A DNA stretch of 64,000 bases. Origin: Chrysomallon squamiferum (taxonomy: Eukaryota > Animalia > Mollusca). This document shows positions 38,784 through 53,549 of this stretch, piece after piece. The DNA is taken from NCBI GenBank assembly GCA_012295275.1, contig CM022676.1:8370001-8434000 (forward strand). Direction: 5' to 3'. Below the pieces are notes generated by a model. It did not search any database, was not told the origin of the DNA, and saw only the letters and a list, made by a program, of their open reading frames with translations. Each line of letters begins with the position of its first letter. Position 1 is the stretch's first letter. Position numbers and translations under genes: made by a program.

Positions 38784-40347
38784 ATGACGATTTTTCTGCT
38801 ATGAAATTTAAATATTGAATCTGTATTAATCTATGAATTTGATCATATATTTCCTCCGATTTGTGCAAGATTTTCTCGACGATAGTAAAAATAATAAGAA
38901 TTATTATTATTATTATTGTTGTTGTATTATTATTATTATTATTATTTTATTATTATCAATATTGCTATTATTCTTCCCTGTGTCCATTAATGATAATATA
39001 AATATGAATAATGAAATGAACTTACTATATCTCTTAAATATATGTTCTTCATTTTGTATCTACAGCTGTAAAAATTTTATTATTATTTTTCTTTTTTTAT
39101 AGTTGTGTCATTATTACTTAAAACTCAAAATTTTGTTAATTTTTGCTATATTTACGATTTGCACATTCAAAAGCGAGCTAACTAATAGAATTATCTCAAA
39201 ATGTAAGTTATGTTACGAAAAGTGTTAAACCACACAGGTTCTGGTGTGTTCAGTTAATTTTCTGGTGTCTATACACATATTAAAAGATACAATAAGAAAA
39301 ACAAGAAAGAAAAGAAAAATGGATACGATTATACAGAAAAATGACATTATTACGTTTCCTTTTGTAGAGTGACATGAATTGTAGAGTGACATCTATCTAT
39401 CTATCATCTATCTATCTATCTATATAAATATATATGTATTAAGTAAAAAATTTAAAACTAAATTAAAAGGGTTACGCACAGACTGTTTCCTTTGGATACA
39501 TATGCATATATATATAAATAACTTTATACATATGTATATATAGACATAGACACGCGCGCACACAAATACACAAACACACATATATAAGTAAATTCCATTT
39601 TTATGTTAGCATACGGTATACTAGAATAATATAGTTACTGTGATTTGCGTGAGTTTTTGACAGTTCGAGGTAGAACATGGAGGTGGAGATTTAAGATACG
39701 AACAAACAATGGCTAAACAAATATTTCATTTAACATAACGAGTCCTGAGAATGACAGAAGAACTGCAACTCTTACACTGAAAATGTCGCCTGCAATCTAT
39801 TACAAACTTAATATTTGTCTCACGTTGATAGTGCTGTGATTTCCGTTGTTTTAATTTAGCTGCAACTGAATCACACTGTCAAACGGGACAAATTAAATCA
39901 ACTTACGTCCAGGTATTAATTTAAAACAAGGTAGAATAAGTTAAACAATTATGAAAATTCGCTGCTACGGACAAATCAGATTGAAATTTTACGACCAATT
40001 CCAGGAGTTTTAGAACCTGCGAACAATCCTTATAACAATGTTTATAATCGTAAAGTTCACATGGAATTAATAAATAAGAAATGTAAATGAATTAGCTACA
40101 ATATGTGATCTCCTTGCGACCCTGAATGTACATTTCCAGGACAAGTGCAAGGAAGGAAATAATTTGCAGAGTAATACATATTCACAAAGATTTAAGGAAA
40201 ACAGTATTTTTCTCCGAAACTTCCTTTAATTAAGGTGAGAAACTTTTATGGTTATCGCTTTTGCTTTAGCAATTTTAATTTTCCGTATTAAATACAAATG
40301 GCAGATATACATTGCTAGTTTAATTAAGAAAGAACATAAAACAAAAA

Positions 40348-40398
<51 letters not shown>

Positions 40399-40494
40399 AA
40401 ATAAATAAAAAAAAGATAAAATAGATTTACAAAGAACCTTAAGGTAGTACTATTTAATTTCAGAGGTTTCGGAATTTGGTTTTAAACGTTCGTG

Positions 40495-40710
40495 ATGGAG
40501 ATTTGGTTAGCTGTAACTCTGTGTAAGTAATATCTCTTTAATTTCAATTCGCTTTTACTAAGTAAACTTCTTGACTTTATTTTACTAATTTAGATTAATC
40601 TCTACGTTATAACACATCTCTCGGATGAAAAGAAAGAGAAAAACTGGCAAAACATTGAACAAAAAATAAACAATAATAATAATTAAAAATAAACAATAAT
40701 AATAATTAAA

Positions 40711-40748
<38 letters not shown>

Positions 40749-42964
40749 GTGATAAACAATGCACTGTTACAGTTATTCGGAAGATTTATTACTGTTTTCC
40801 CCCACCCACTTGAGATTTACTAGAGAAACACACATGGATATGCGAGGCTGCCAACACGAACACGGAAACGCACAGACACACAGACACACACACAGACATA
40901 CACACAAAAACACACACACACGAAAATGAAAACCGATTAAAACAATGTCGGATGTATAGCATGACATCTCTTTCAGCGTTATAAATAAATAGTTTCCTTA
41001 TTCCATTATCTAAAGGTATTATCTTCTTCATTTCTGTCGACGCTGCTGTCAGAGAAGATGCTGGAAAAAGAGCAGACATGGCAGCGCTACAACGTCGCAG
41101 TACACGTTCTGAAAAGAGTCGACAAGACCGCTCGCAGATAAACACTGAAGGAGAGAACCGCAAAGACTTACACGACATTCTCAACGCAGGCAGCCGTTAC
41201 GACTTCGTAGTTGTACGAACCGCTGAAATCGCAAACGGCAAAACAAAACAACGTATAGAAGTGACGTTCGATGACGTTCCAGTGTTCGGTCTCAGTATAC
41301 AGGCTACGTACAACGAAGAGAACGGTTACACGGGACCTCTGACGGGCGAGTTTGTCTCAGGGCTGGAAGATGACATCAGCGACTCTTCAGCTTGTCAAAG
41401 AAACGAAGATTTTTTGTTTTCTCTCAGCAAAACGAAATGTGGACTCCCAGCCGCCTGTCCATACTGCAGCGTGTCTAGGTTTCAGAGGTGCATCTATTTT
41501 GATGACAAAAATAAAGCACAGTTAGCATATGTTATAGAAATCGAAGACGATGCTCCAGATAAACTAGCACGATATTACCTCGTTGTTGATGCTTGCTGTC
41601 TCAGTACGTACACGATGTATAACACGACACCAAACCGCACAGAATCGACATTTTCTTCTCAGGAAGCCAAAATCCCAACACAGAACTCAAGATCGAAAAT
41701 GAGAAAAAGGCAGACTTGTCCTAAAATGGCTAAAGGAACAGGTGGCAACCCCAAAATGGGACCTATCGTCTATGGAACACCGCCATATTGTCTTGATGTC
41801 ACCATGATAGGTGGTAACTGTGTGCTGGAGAATGCTGACGTCAAAGTAATAGACATGAATCAGAGCAATTATATATCACCAGTGTACGAGTACGACTGTA
41901 TCACGCCTGATGACTCTATTAACGGTGCAAACTCGGCAAACCTAGATGCATTCTTTTTTGGAAATGTTATGACTCGCGTTTTCAAAGACAATTATAACAT
42001 GAATCCTTTGCCTTTCGAGATGGTACTGAATACACATTTCAAATATAAATATACAAATGCCATTTGGGACTCAGATTGGAAAGAAGCCTTTTTTGGTGAT
42101 TCTGACACAACTTTCCACCCTTTAGTATCACTGGACATTGTCTCTCATGAAATAGCTCATGGCATAACAGAAGAAAATTCTAAATTGATCTATGCAGAAC
42201 AATCTGGTGGAATAAATGAAACATTTTCAGATATCACAGGAGAAACCGTTGAATTTCTTTCCCACTACAGAACTAATGACTGGTTGGTAGGCTACGACAT
42301 CATTAAGGCACCAAATACGGCACTCAGAACTCTTCAGGATCCGCCACTGGACGGGGGGTCTATTAGCGACATAAATGATTACTACAGCGGCATCGATGTT
42401 CACCACAGCAGCGGTATTTTTAACAAGGCATTTTACCAGATGGTTGTCACACAAATAATAGAAATGAAGGAAGCATATCACCTCTTCTTATTAGCTAACG
42501 AACTGTACTGGAATTCTGACAGCGACTTCAACCACGCAGCCTGTGGTGTTCGAAACGCTGCAGTAGACCTTGTTGTCGATACTGTCAAAGTCGATGCTGC
42601 GTTTGCCGTCGTAGGTATCAACACCTCAGCATGTCCAGCAGCAAACGTTCAACACGATGAACTTCATCCAGGTAGAGTGAAAATCACCGTATCTCCACTG
42701 ATTAATCCATGCTTTCTGCTTCTGCCCCGATCATCCTGTTGGCGCTATGTGTACGTCAGTGCAAGACGAACACGACCGAGAACCAGAGTCCGTATTACCA
42801 TAAAGAACGGAGTGACTGGAGAGGTCATTGGCTCAAGTCACTATCGACTCTTCTATTACTTACCCAGAGACTTGGAGGATCGCCTAATCTGCTTTTCCTC
42901 CTGCAGGACCACGACGGTCTACCTAGCCACGTATTACTGTGAACATTACAGATGTACGTTTTAA
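40495..42964 (+). CDS. Secreted M4-family (thermolysin/vibriolysin/LasB-like) zinc metalloprotease, copy B, catalytic motifs intact
   Basis: Exon 40495-40522 (MEIWLAVTL-T|gtaagt) plus exon 41016-42964. NAIW, FHPLVSLDIVSHEIAHGITEENSKLIYAEQSGGINETFSD (HEXXH plus third ligand E), ALRT and IDVHHSSGIFNKAFY closely follow the Pseudomonas LasB / Vibrio protease pattern as I recall it. Confidence 0.95.
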
Positions 42965-44153
42965 TCTGAAATGCGTATACAGATGAAACGAGTATTTCTA
43001 CAATAATTAACCTTTTTTTTTTTGTCCAGTAAATATCTGTCACTAATTCACCTTATAATCAAGTATACGAAAAGTAACTATTTTTCTGCTTATAAAAGAT
43101 TGAAATGTAACGAAATCTTGATAATTATGTTAAAATGTATTCTTAAGCGCTACCTCTGTTTATTAAGGTCATGTTCAAAAGATTAAACTGAATCTGAATA
43201 ATATTTGTTTTCTACCTTTACAACAGTGCACTGAAATAACAACAAAATATTGAAATCATATGCAAGTCACTAAGCTGCAATGGACAAAAAACATTGTTTG
43301 AATTTTAATAACTGTTGCTATTGATGACAATAAAATAGCTTGTTGGAAAAAGGGTGACTGTGTCTTACGACAGCTAACCTGAACTGTTTTGGTTCTCTGC
43401 TTCAGATCTGCATCAGCCAGCCACGCGGTAAGTTTAACATTAAAAACTGAGATAACGTGAGAAGAACGTAAAACACAATCTTCTCGTTTAGATCAGCAGG
43501 GAACATTTTAGGCGTAAAAAAACCCGTAAACTTCTAGTAGATACCATTAGCAGTTTCATGCGCAGTATTTGACATTTTAACAAAACGAAGAATACGATAA
43601 CAAGTGGACATTAACATTAACATATTTATGGTAAAAAGATATTTTGTTAACATAATACTCTCATTATTGTTGTTGTTATAGTCTCGTCGTTGAAATACAC
43701 AAATGCATACTTCCTTCGTATACACACACACACACGTTCGCATATGCACACAAAACACACACACACACACACATGAAATCAAATATCAAAATCAAAACAT
43801 TTAATTTGGCATGAAAATTAACAGTGACCAGTCATTCTCCATTTCATAAACATTTAAATTCATTCATGAAACTATATGTGATTAAATGAAATTACTTTAT
43901 TTAAAAGCCGTTACGTACGTTTTCTAAGCATGACCGTAAATCCTTGGATAAACACACGTAAAGTTCTATCCTAACCGGACGCGAACGAAGCTAGAGAATC
44001 AGTTTTGAAACTTTGACCCACCACTGAAGACAAGTTAACCCTGTCAGGGTCTGTATTAAAATCTCCTATCATCTTAATGAAAAGCTGCCTTCCCCCCCCC
44101 CAACCCGGATAGGACTGGACCTTCGAAGAAGCTTATACATGCATGCTATTAAT

Positions 44154-44191
<38 letters not shown>

Positions 44192-44642
44192 ACTTACTAG
44201 GTAAACCTCGAGTCTTTCCAATATTTACTCCAGGCATTTTCTCTTCTGTTGTTGTCTTTGCACGTTGACAAAAAAAAAAAATCACAAAGTACTGGAAACA
44301 TCTGAACGAGATGGATGAGTTGTTCATCTTCCATTTTCATGTGCTGGGGAAATGATCTTGTTTGTGATTGGTTAATATATTTTAGGCGCTCGTGTAGAGC
44401 GACAATTTTGTCGCGCGCTCGACTGGCTAAAACTGTCGCGCCGTAAAATGTGCGGTTAGGATGCTGCAACTGAAATCAATTGTTTCTAAAAAAAGAAAAA
44501 ATCACTCGCGTCGCATGTGTTGCACGCTTTGCACGCGCCCGGTTAAGATGCACCATAACAGTTAGACGCGAGGTTTCAGAAAGACGTGAGGGAAAGAGAA
44601 AAGATACAAACCTGATCTGCTTTATTAATTAATTAATTCAAT

Positions 44643-44681
<39 letters not shown>

Positions 44682-45359
44682 TTATTATTATTATTATTGC
44701 TGTATTATTACTAATACTATTTTTCTTTTTATAATTTTATTTATTTATTTATTTATTTATGCTACGAAATGTATAGTATTTGTAGACATCGGAATGACTT
44801 ACGCTCTGTCATAGGATCTATCCTTGTGTGGGGGCACAATGTGGACCATTTCCTGCCAGTACGCTCCAACTGGTTTATCAAAACCTGCGTTAAATGCACT
44901 TTACGGGAAGGTACATACGAAATATTTCTTTATTGCTAATAAAAAAAAAAAATGTACCACATCATGCTTCGGCATCGGGTTTCTTCTCTCTTTCACTATG
45001 CAGATATTCAAATTGGCATTCAGTGCGACGTTAAATTCATGAGATGTTTTACTGAATGTTTTTCACAGATGTACAAAAAGCGAATAAAACCCGTGTCGTC
45101 AATTCAAGGATTTACAATAGTTGTAATGTAACAACATGGATTCGCTTTTACAACTGTGTAGTTAATTTTTCATTGTTAACTTACATCAACGGATGTGTTT
45201 TGACTGTTTCCAAGACGCAAATTGAAAAGGAAATTCAATATGATAAACATGTTTGTTGTCTGTATATATATATATATATGTGTGTGTGTATGCTTTCGTT
45301 TTCTTTTCTGTTTTAACGTTACGGCAGCGAAAGACTTAGACTGTTGTAAGACAGTCATA

Positions 45360-45740
45360 ACGTATCGTCGTAAATACATCAACGTTTGTCGTAAGAACTT
45401 CAACGCTTGTTCAAAGTCGGCCGTAAGTATTTCAAAGTTTTTTCTATGCGTAGTTCTATGTTTATCGAAAATACTGCAAAGTCTGTGGCAAGTACTTCAA
45501 ATCCTGTGGTCCTGTGGTAAGTATTTCAAAGTCTGTCGTAAGTCATACGTACTATGATGCCTTTGTACGTACTTGGATGCGTGTCGTAAGTAACTCGACG
45601 CCTATCGTAAGTAGTTCAAAGTTTGTCTTAAATGGTTCAGTGTTTATTAATACATCTAAGCTTGTCGTAAGAACTTCAGTGTTTATCTCAGGTACTTCTG
45701 CTTCTTATTAATTCAAAATTTGTCGTAAGAGCTTCAGCGG
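45360..45740. repeat. Degenerate ~21-bp minisatellite (tgtcgtaag-acttcaa-gtt)
   Basis: The core gtcgtaag recurs repeatedly with variable spacers. Confidence 0.55.
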
Positions 45741-46728
45741 TTTCACACTCACATACACACACTGACATCTATACACACACGTACACACACGCATACCACC
45801 TCCACTACCTACAAACACACAAACACACACACACGGCCACTCGCTTATTAAACAATACTGACACCTACACACATAAACACACACACACACACGTGCATAC
45901 CACCCCAATTCCCCTACACACAAACACATCTACAGACACCAACAAACACACATTCGCAAAGCGCAGCCCTTGCACAGGATGAACTTTCAATACAGTACAC
46001 ACGCTTAGTGGGTCATCTTGTGACCTTGTTCTAAGACGTCTGATGTCAGAGTCCTTGATTCGACACAAGACACCGAGGAAAGAAGGCAGATCTTACAAAC
46101 AGGTAGGACCACAGTAAACCTTCGTTAATTTTTGCAAGTGTGTTACAATATTACTAACTGTCGTAATTTTAAAATGATAGCTGGTATTGTATATAATTTT
46201 GATGATGATGATGATGATGACGCTGGTGAGAACGCAATGGAATTTTTTTGTTTTCTTTTTCTTTCTTTTTTTTCAAATACATAATGCGAATGTAATTATC
46301 CAGCTCAAAGTTATCGATTAGCGACAAGACATATTTAATATGTACCTTCTCAGTGAAAGAAGAATTAACAAATTACATTTTGCAATTACAAGTCGCATAT
46401 TACAAATGAGTTTTAGATTGTACATATATGCATGCCCGCTCACGCAAACGCGCGCACACACATACACATGATATCAGTGTTATCATTCTAACAGTATTCG
46501 TTACAGTTGTTATTTTTGGTTATAGAAATATTAATAATTTAACTCCACTGGTAGTAACCTAAATTATATATATCTGTATGTATATGTGTATGTATGTATA
46601 TATGTATGTATGTATATATATAGTTATATATGTATTGATGTATGTATGTATCTATGTATGTATGTATGTATGTATGTATGTATCTATGTATGTATGTATG
46701 TATGTATCTATGTATGTATGTATGTATG

Positions 46729-46760
<32 letters not shown>

Positions 46761-47931
46761 TGTATGTATGTATGTATGTATCTATGTATGTACGTACATA
46801 TGTGTGTATGTATAATAGCATCAGCACACAAATGCAAAAACAAGTACAGACACATACACACAGATAAACAGACACACAAGACACAAACATGCATACACAA
46901 AGATTCACTCACCTCAAGCATATACACATACAGAAACATTAAACACACATATACACATCAACACACTTCACACAAGAATATAAACAACAGTAACATAAAT
47001 ACGAACAAACGAAAGAACATTTGAAGACAATACTAATATATGAAAGAAAGAATAATGAATGAATGAATGAATGAACACTTAACGTTAATACCAATACATA
47101 AAATAAAAAGCTAAAATTGAAATATAAATAATTAAACAAACAGTAAACGAAAGGATCACTTTATTTTTTCCTAGCACAAAACGCGTTATTCCGCCATGGC
47201 TCCAGTTTCACATATCTCTCTCTCTCCATTTGCATCTCCTTCACCCTCCAGATTCTAAAATAAACAACAACGACAATGGGTTAATATAAAATCTACATAG
47301 ACCGTTTTACATGATTTGTTTGCGTTTCAGTGTTTGCATTGTACCCGTTGTTGGCAATAGCTCGAACAATACTAAAACGTGAAAATATTTGTTATTAGAA
47401 GTGGAAGAAATGTAGATTTAGAAAGACTATATGCAAACACACAGTGAGGATAAGAACTATATAACTATGGCTACAGCACAGGCAAGCTGTATATGTATAC
47501 TGTTCATATCTATATTAGTCTATCTGTCTGTCTGTCTCTCTTTGTATCAATCTGTGTCTCTGTCTGTCTGTCTGTCTGTCTATCTAACTACCTATCTATA
47601 TCTATCCATCTATCTGCATATCTATCAATGTCTATTTGTCTATGTATCTGACTATCTATCTGTGTCTCTCTGTCTATCTGTCTGTCTGTCTGTCTGTCTA
47701 TCCATCCATTCATCTGTCTATTATATCTCTGTGATTGTGGTGCCAAATATTTAATATAAAAAAATGGTTAACTTATTATAAAAATATATCTGGGTATTGG
47801 CGTATTACGAAAATGAGTGTGCGTGTGTGTGTGTGTGACATGCGCGAGCGGATATAAATAAATGAATGAATTAGTAATAAATAAACCTCGATTAAATGTA
47901 TTATTAAACTTATTAGAAGTTGTGTGTGTGT

Positions 47932-48041
<110 letters not shown>

Positions 48042-48428
48042 CCTTGTTTGTGTGTGTGTTTGTGTGTGTGTGTCTTTGTGTATGTGTGTGTGTATGTGTG
48101 TGTATGGGTGTGTGTCTACGTGCGCCTGTACACATACATATAACCTTTTCCTGATTTTTCACGAAATATCTATATACCTATATATCTGCATTTCTGAAGA
48201 CTTAAAGATACATGTTTATATCTGTCTTTCTATCTATATAATCTATCTATCAGTTATCTATGTATGTATGAACACTATCAAAAGCAGCTTTACCTAAGCA
48301 TATGCCTTCTATTCTGTGTGTGTATCTCCCAGACTTTACAAACGTAACAATAGTTTATTTTGCCTAGGTCTAGGTTACTAGGTCTAGGAAACATAATTAC
48401 GAAAACATAACCAGTAGAGCATGATACA

Positions 48429-48900
<472 letters not shown>

Positions 48901-49589
48901 TCAAAACGGCAAACGTCTCAAACTCGTCCTATTGTTACAATTTGCAGTTGATAAAAGTGAGTCACTGAGATCGAGAAACGTTTCATGTTTCATCAAACAA
49001 CAGTTTTAGTATTCAGTCTGCGTTATCGTCTGTCGTATTCGTAGCAGACGTCGTTTCCTTACTATCACGTAAATACAGAGCTGAGGACACGCGGACCTCA
49101 GAGGGGTGGCTTTACTGACCTTTAGGGGTCATAGTTTTAGACAAATTATTATTTTAACAAACCGTTTAGTGAAGATGATGATGATGATGATAATAATAAC
49201 AATAACAATAACAATAACAACAACAATAATAATAACAATAACAACAACAACAACAACAACAACAATAATAATAATAATAATAGCAGTAACATCAAAAATA
49301 ATACATAAGCTAAGTAACATAATAATAATTATGATAATGATGATGATAATAATCATAACGATGACGTTCATGATAATAACGAAAACATCATAACCATCAA
49401 TAGCATGAATATTATAATCGTGAATGTCTTTATTTTGAATTAGTTTATTTTCTGTCTATCATTATTTTCGCGTTTTTATTGTTGTTGGCGTAATTATTAA
49501 TACTGTTTTTGTTGTATTGTTTCTGTTCCTTAGCCAAGCATAATCATCATCATTTATCTTTTAGATTTCGTTTCATTTAGCTTTCTACA

Positions 49590-51066
49590 ATGGCAAAGGA
49601 TAATGAACAAAATGTCAAGACGGAGACAGACGAAAAAGAACGGAAATTAGCGATGATTCGACGACATCTAAACGATCCTTTTTTCAGACGGAAGTTATTA
49701 TACACCATGGGTATCTACTTCACCTCATTCGCTGGGGTACGTACTAATTTTATGCAAATCGTTAAGTTCGTTTTGTTTTATTTTATAATTATTACTTGTA
49801 ATTAAAGGTCTACACATTAGCTCTAAAATTTATCGTGCATTTTACTTTCCAGGGATGGATCGTTGCAATCAAAGGTCCAGCCTTCATCGATCTTCAGCAG
49901 CTCGTAGGCGTGGGCACAAGCAAAGGGGCGGCGTTCTTCACGGCGGCTGGCATTGGGGGCGTGGTCGGCTCGGTGGTGGGCGGAGCACTGTACGACCGAT
50001 TCAACCAATACCTGGTCTTGTTCTTGTCGATGTTGTTATACGCTGTGACGTGCGCACTGATTCCCTTATGTCGAGTCTACTGGTTGATGGTTCTTATGTT
50101 TCTGCTGCACGAAATGTCTACCGGGGCCGTGCGTTCAGGTGAATTGAAATTTGCCCTTTTTTAAAGTGTGAAATTTACATTTTGAAATACGAAATTTACA
50201 TTTTAAAGTATGAGTTTTGCCTTTGTAAAGTATGAAGTTTACATTTTAAAATATGAAATTTACATTTTAAAGTATGAGTTTTGCCTTATATAGTATGAAA
50301 TTTACATTTTAAAGTATGAATTTGCCTTTGTAAAGTATGAAATTTACATTTTAAAATATGAAATTTACATTTTAAAGTATGAGTTTTGCCTTTTAAAATA
50401 TGAATTTTAAAGTATGAGTTTTGCCTTTTAAAGTATGAAATTTACATTTTAAAATATGAAATTTACATTTTAAAGTATGAATTTGCCTTTGTAAAGTATG
50501 AAATTTACATTTTAAAATATGAAATTTACATTTTAAAGTATGAGTTTTGCCTTTTAAAGTATGAAATGTACATTTTAAAGTATGATTTTGCCTTTGTAAA
50601 GTATGAAAATTGCCTTTTAAACTGTAAAATATACCTTTCAGACTACGGAAGCTGCATATTTAAAATATGAAATCTACGCTATGTAACTATCAAATCAGAA
50701 TATTTAAATAAAGCTGCTATGAAAGCTATACACTATATAATTATGAAATATGCATTTTGAAACTATCAGCTCAAGATTTTAAAACTATGAAATGTGCATT
50801 TTGAAACAGACAAATCAACACTTTAAAACTATGAATACACATTTTATAACTATGAAATCAAGATTTTAAAACCACTAAACATACATTCTGAAACAATGAA
50901 ATCTGCATATAAAATTATGAAATCGGCATATTAAAGCTATGAAATCTACATGTTGCAGTTATAAAATCTGTATATTAAAACTGTCGGATCTGTATTTTAT
51001 AACTAATATTTATGCTTTAAATACGAAATATACACATTCATTTTATGAAATTCACATATACAGAGA

Positions 51067-51152
<86 letters not shown>

Positions 51153-52422
51153 AACATATATACACACACTACATATATAAGATGAAGAATTCCAGTTTAT
51201 ATTAACTAATTAACTGTCACTAACAGTTTTGCATTTTGGCTTATTTCTCTGTAATAAATTCACATTTTGATATATTGTGTTTTCATTTTCAGGCGCAAAC
51301 GTGGAGATTGTGAGGGTGTGGGGCGGGGACGCGGGTGGGAAGTCCTACATGCAGGGGCTGCACTTCGCCTTCTCCCTGGGGACAGCAGTCTCGCCCTTTT
51401 CTCTGGAACCATTTCTCTCAGAGAAACCCGACAACGCCAACCACACAACCACCACCACGACACATCCGCACAACACCACCACTACTACGACATCAACAAC
51501 GACAACGACAACGATGCCGGCTACAGAATCACGAATATTTTGGGGCTTTCTCATCGCTGCGGTGATCGGGGCGACGTCGTCTCTGGTCTACCTGGCGAAA
51601 TATTTCACCACCGGGTCGTCACGTGCAAACGTGTACGACGTGACCCCGGCACGCGACGTCGTAACGAAGGCGAAAGCAGACGTTTCGGGAGAAGACAACT
51701 ACGCCTGCGAGGCGATCAGAATGGAGTCGAAGGAGCGGTCGGGTGATGGAGTCGAAGATAACGACGACGTCGTCCACAACAACGCCAACGCCAACGACGA
51801 TATTCAGCAAGCAACTAAGCGCCATGTATCTAAACTAGTTATAACGGGAGCTGTCGGCCTTTTCTTCGCGTTGTATTTCTTTCTGGACGAAGTGGAGGAC
51901 ACGACCCCGTCTTTCATGGCCACCTTCGTCGTCGAACAGTTCGGAACGGACAAAAAGTTCGGCACGAGGGTCACGGCGGCCTTCTTCTCCGCCTACTGCG
52001 CAGGCCGTGGCGCAGGCATGGTCATCATCGGCTTCGTCACGCACCTGCAGCTCTTCGCCGCCTGCAGCCTCGGTCTCGTTCTAGGCCACCTCTGCCTGCT
52101 CCTTTCCGGCTGGTTCCTGTGGCGATGGGGATTGTGGGTAGGCGTCGCGGTCATCGGTTCGGCTATTTCCGTCATCTTTCCGGCCAGCCTCACGTGGACG
52201 GAGAAGGAGCTGACGCACCTCTCGGGAAAGCTCGTCGGCTCGGTCTATATAGCCTTGTATGTGGGCGGCCTGGTGAATCCGCAGGTGATTGGCGTTACCA
52301 TGGAGACGTACTCCCCCATGTGGTACAGCTACGTGCTGCTCTTTGAGACCGTCTGCTTCGCTCTGGTGTTCGTCTGCTTAGTGGTTTACGTGAGGAAAGT
52401 GATTGGAAAATACAAAGACTGA
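49590..52422 (+). CDS. MFSD4: MFS transporter, MFSD4 / sodium-dependent glucose transporter 1-like
   Basis: In-phase exons 49590-49736, 49853-50138, 51293-52422. Motifs KGPAFIDL, GGALYDRFN, GANVEIVRVWG..SYMQGLHFAFSLGTAVSPF, AGRGAG, SVIFPASLTW; many hydrophobic helices; Thr-rich loop. Confidence 0.9.
50160..51000. repeat. 21-22-bp intronic minisatellite (aaagtatgaaatttacatttt / aaagtatgagttttgcctttt), homogeneous to ~50620 then decaying
   Basis: Direct reading within MFSD4 intron 2. Confidence 0.85.
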
Positions 52423-52866
52423 CAGTCACAGACCAAGAAACATTTACTTCGTGAAACGAAAGAGAGAGAGAGAGAGAACTGGATAATATAATTACGTTAC
52501 AATACTTTCAGATTACAATACCTTCAACAACGAAACAAAGGAAACTGAAGCAGTCACAACAACACTGAATAAAGTGAAATTTTTTTCTTTCGTTTTTTTT
52601 CTTAACGAAAGTATTTTGATTTCTCATTTCTTCTGTGTATTAAATCGTAAACAGAAAGTGGGTTTCGTTTGTCTTAAAATATTTGAATATAAGTCTATAT
52701 CTTTGTTTACACAGATCATAAATCTATATCCATATCTGTGTGTATCTGTTTCTGTATATCTATCTCTCTGTCAGTATCTGTCTATCTGTTTGTCAGTGAA
52801 GCAGTCTATCTATATATCTATCTACCTATCTGTCTGTATGTCTGTATCACACACACACACACGCAC

Positions 52867-52933
<67 letters not shown>

Positions 52934-53515
52934 TATAAACCTAAATCTGCATAAAGATTCTAACCAGCGATCTCCAGTATTTAACTTACTACTTAGCACA
53001 ACCCCATTAAGGCCCCACGATTCTGGGTAATAATAATAAAAAATTAAAAAATACCGGGTCACGTGACGTAACGATAAATACCGCTGTAGCTTTTACGACC
53101 GCTGCAGTGTATTATTCACATGACCTTTGACCTATAACGCCATATCGGCCGCGTTCCAGGATATAGCAGACGTTTGTATTTTGTTTATCGTGGCGATACT
53201 ACAGTATCGCAAAATAATATTGTTTCTAAGAGATATTTAAGTTAGCAAAGTTTTGAGAAATACGGATCATACCAGATCTGGCGGACATTTTGTTCCGTGC
53301 GTGGAACGAATGACGATTCAATCGAACGGTTGTTACCAGTGACTTGGCGTGCGTGTCTGCTCAAACGAAATCAGAGAAAAAGATTGCGAAATCACCTGAG
53401 TGTTTATACTGTTTTATTTGTGTCTTATTCAGTTTCATTTAAGCGTATGCCTGTGAGTACGTCTGTTTAAGTTTTATATATATCTGTCTATCTATATCTA
53501 TCTATCTATCTATCT

Positions 53516-53549
<34 letters not shown>

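Larger units (their letters stand above)
33216..43205 (+). repeat. Head-to-tail tandem segmental duplication: unit A ~33216-38549, unit B ~38550-43205
   Basis: Unit B starts mid zinc finger 4 (tgccaggtgtgctccaagtcgttcgcctactcccac), repeats the ZNF 3' end, the intergenic DNA and the M4 gene, and both units end in gttc-aaaagattaa..tgaa-ctgaataat (38515-38545 vs 43173-43202). Confidence 0.93.

Noticed and set aside
36004-42964. M4 ORFs as bacterial contamination or a haplotype-duplication artefact
   Set aside because: Spliced signal exons, microsatellite introns and co-duplication with a host ZNF fragment argue for integration. The diverged intergenic DNA and decayed ZNF copy are too different to be alleles.
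45360-45740. CRISPR-like repeat-spacer pattern
   Set aside because: Repeats are short and degenerate with irregular spacing; eukaryotic context; no cas genes.
47431-47490. Possible upstream MFSD4 coding exon MATAQ with a GC donor
   Set aside because: Phase-compatible with the acceptor at 49580, but the donor (CAG|gcaagc) is weak; not supportable without RNA data.
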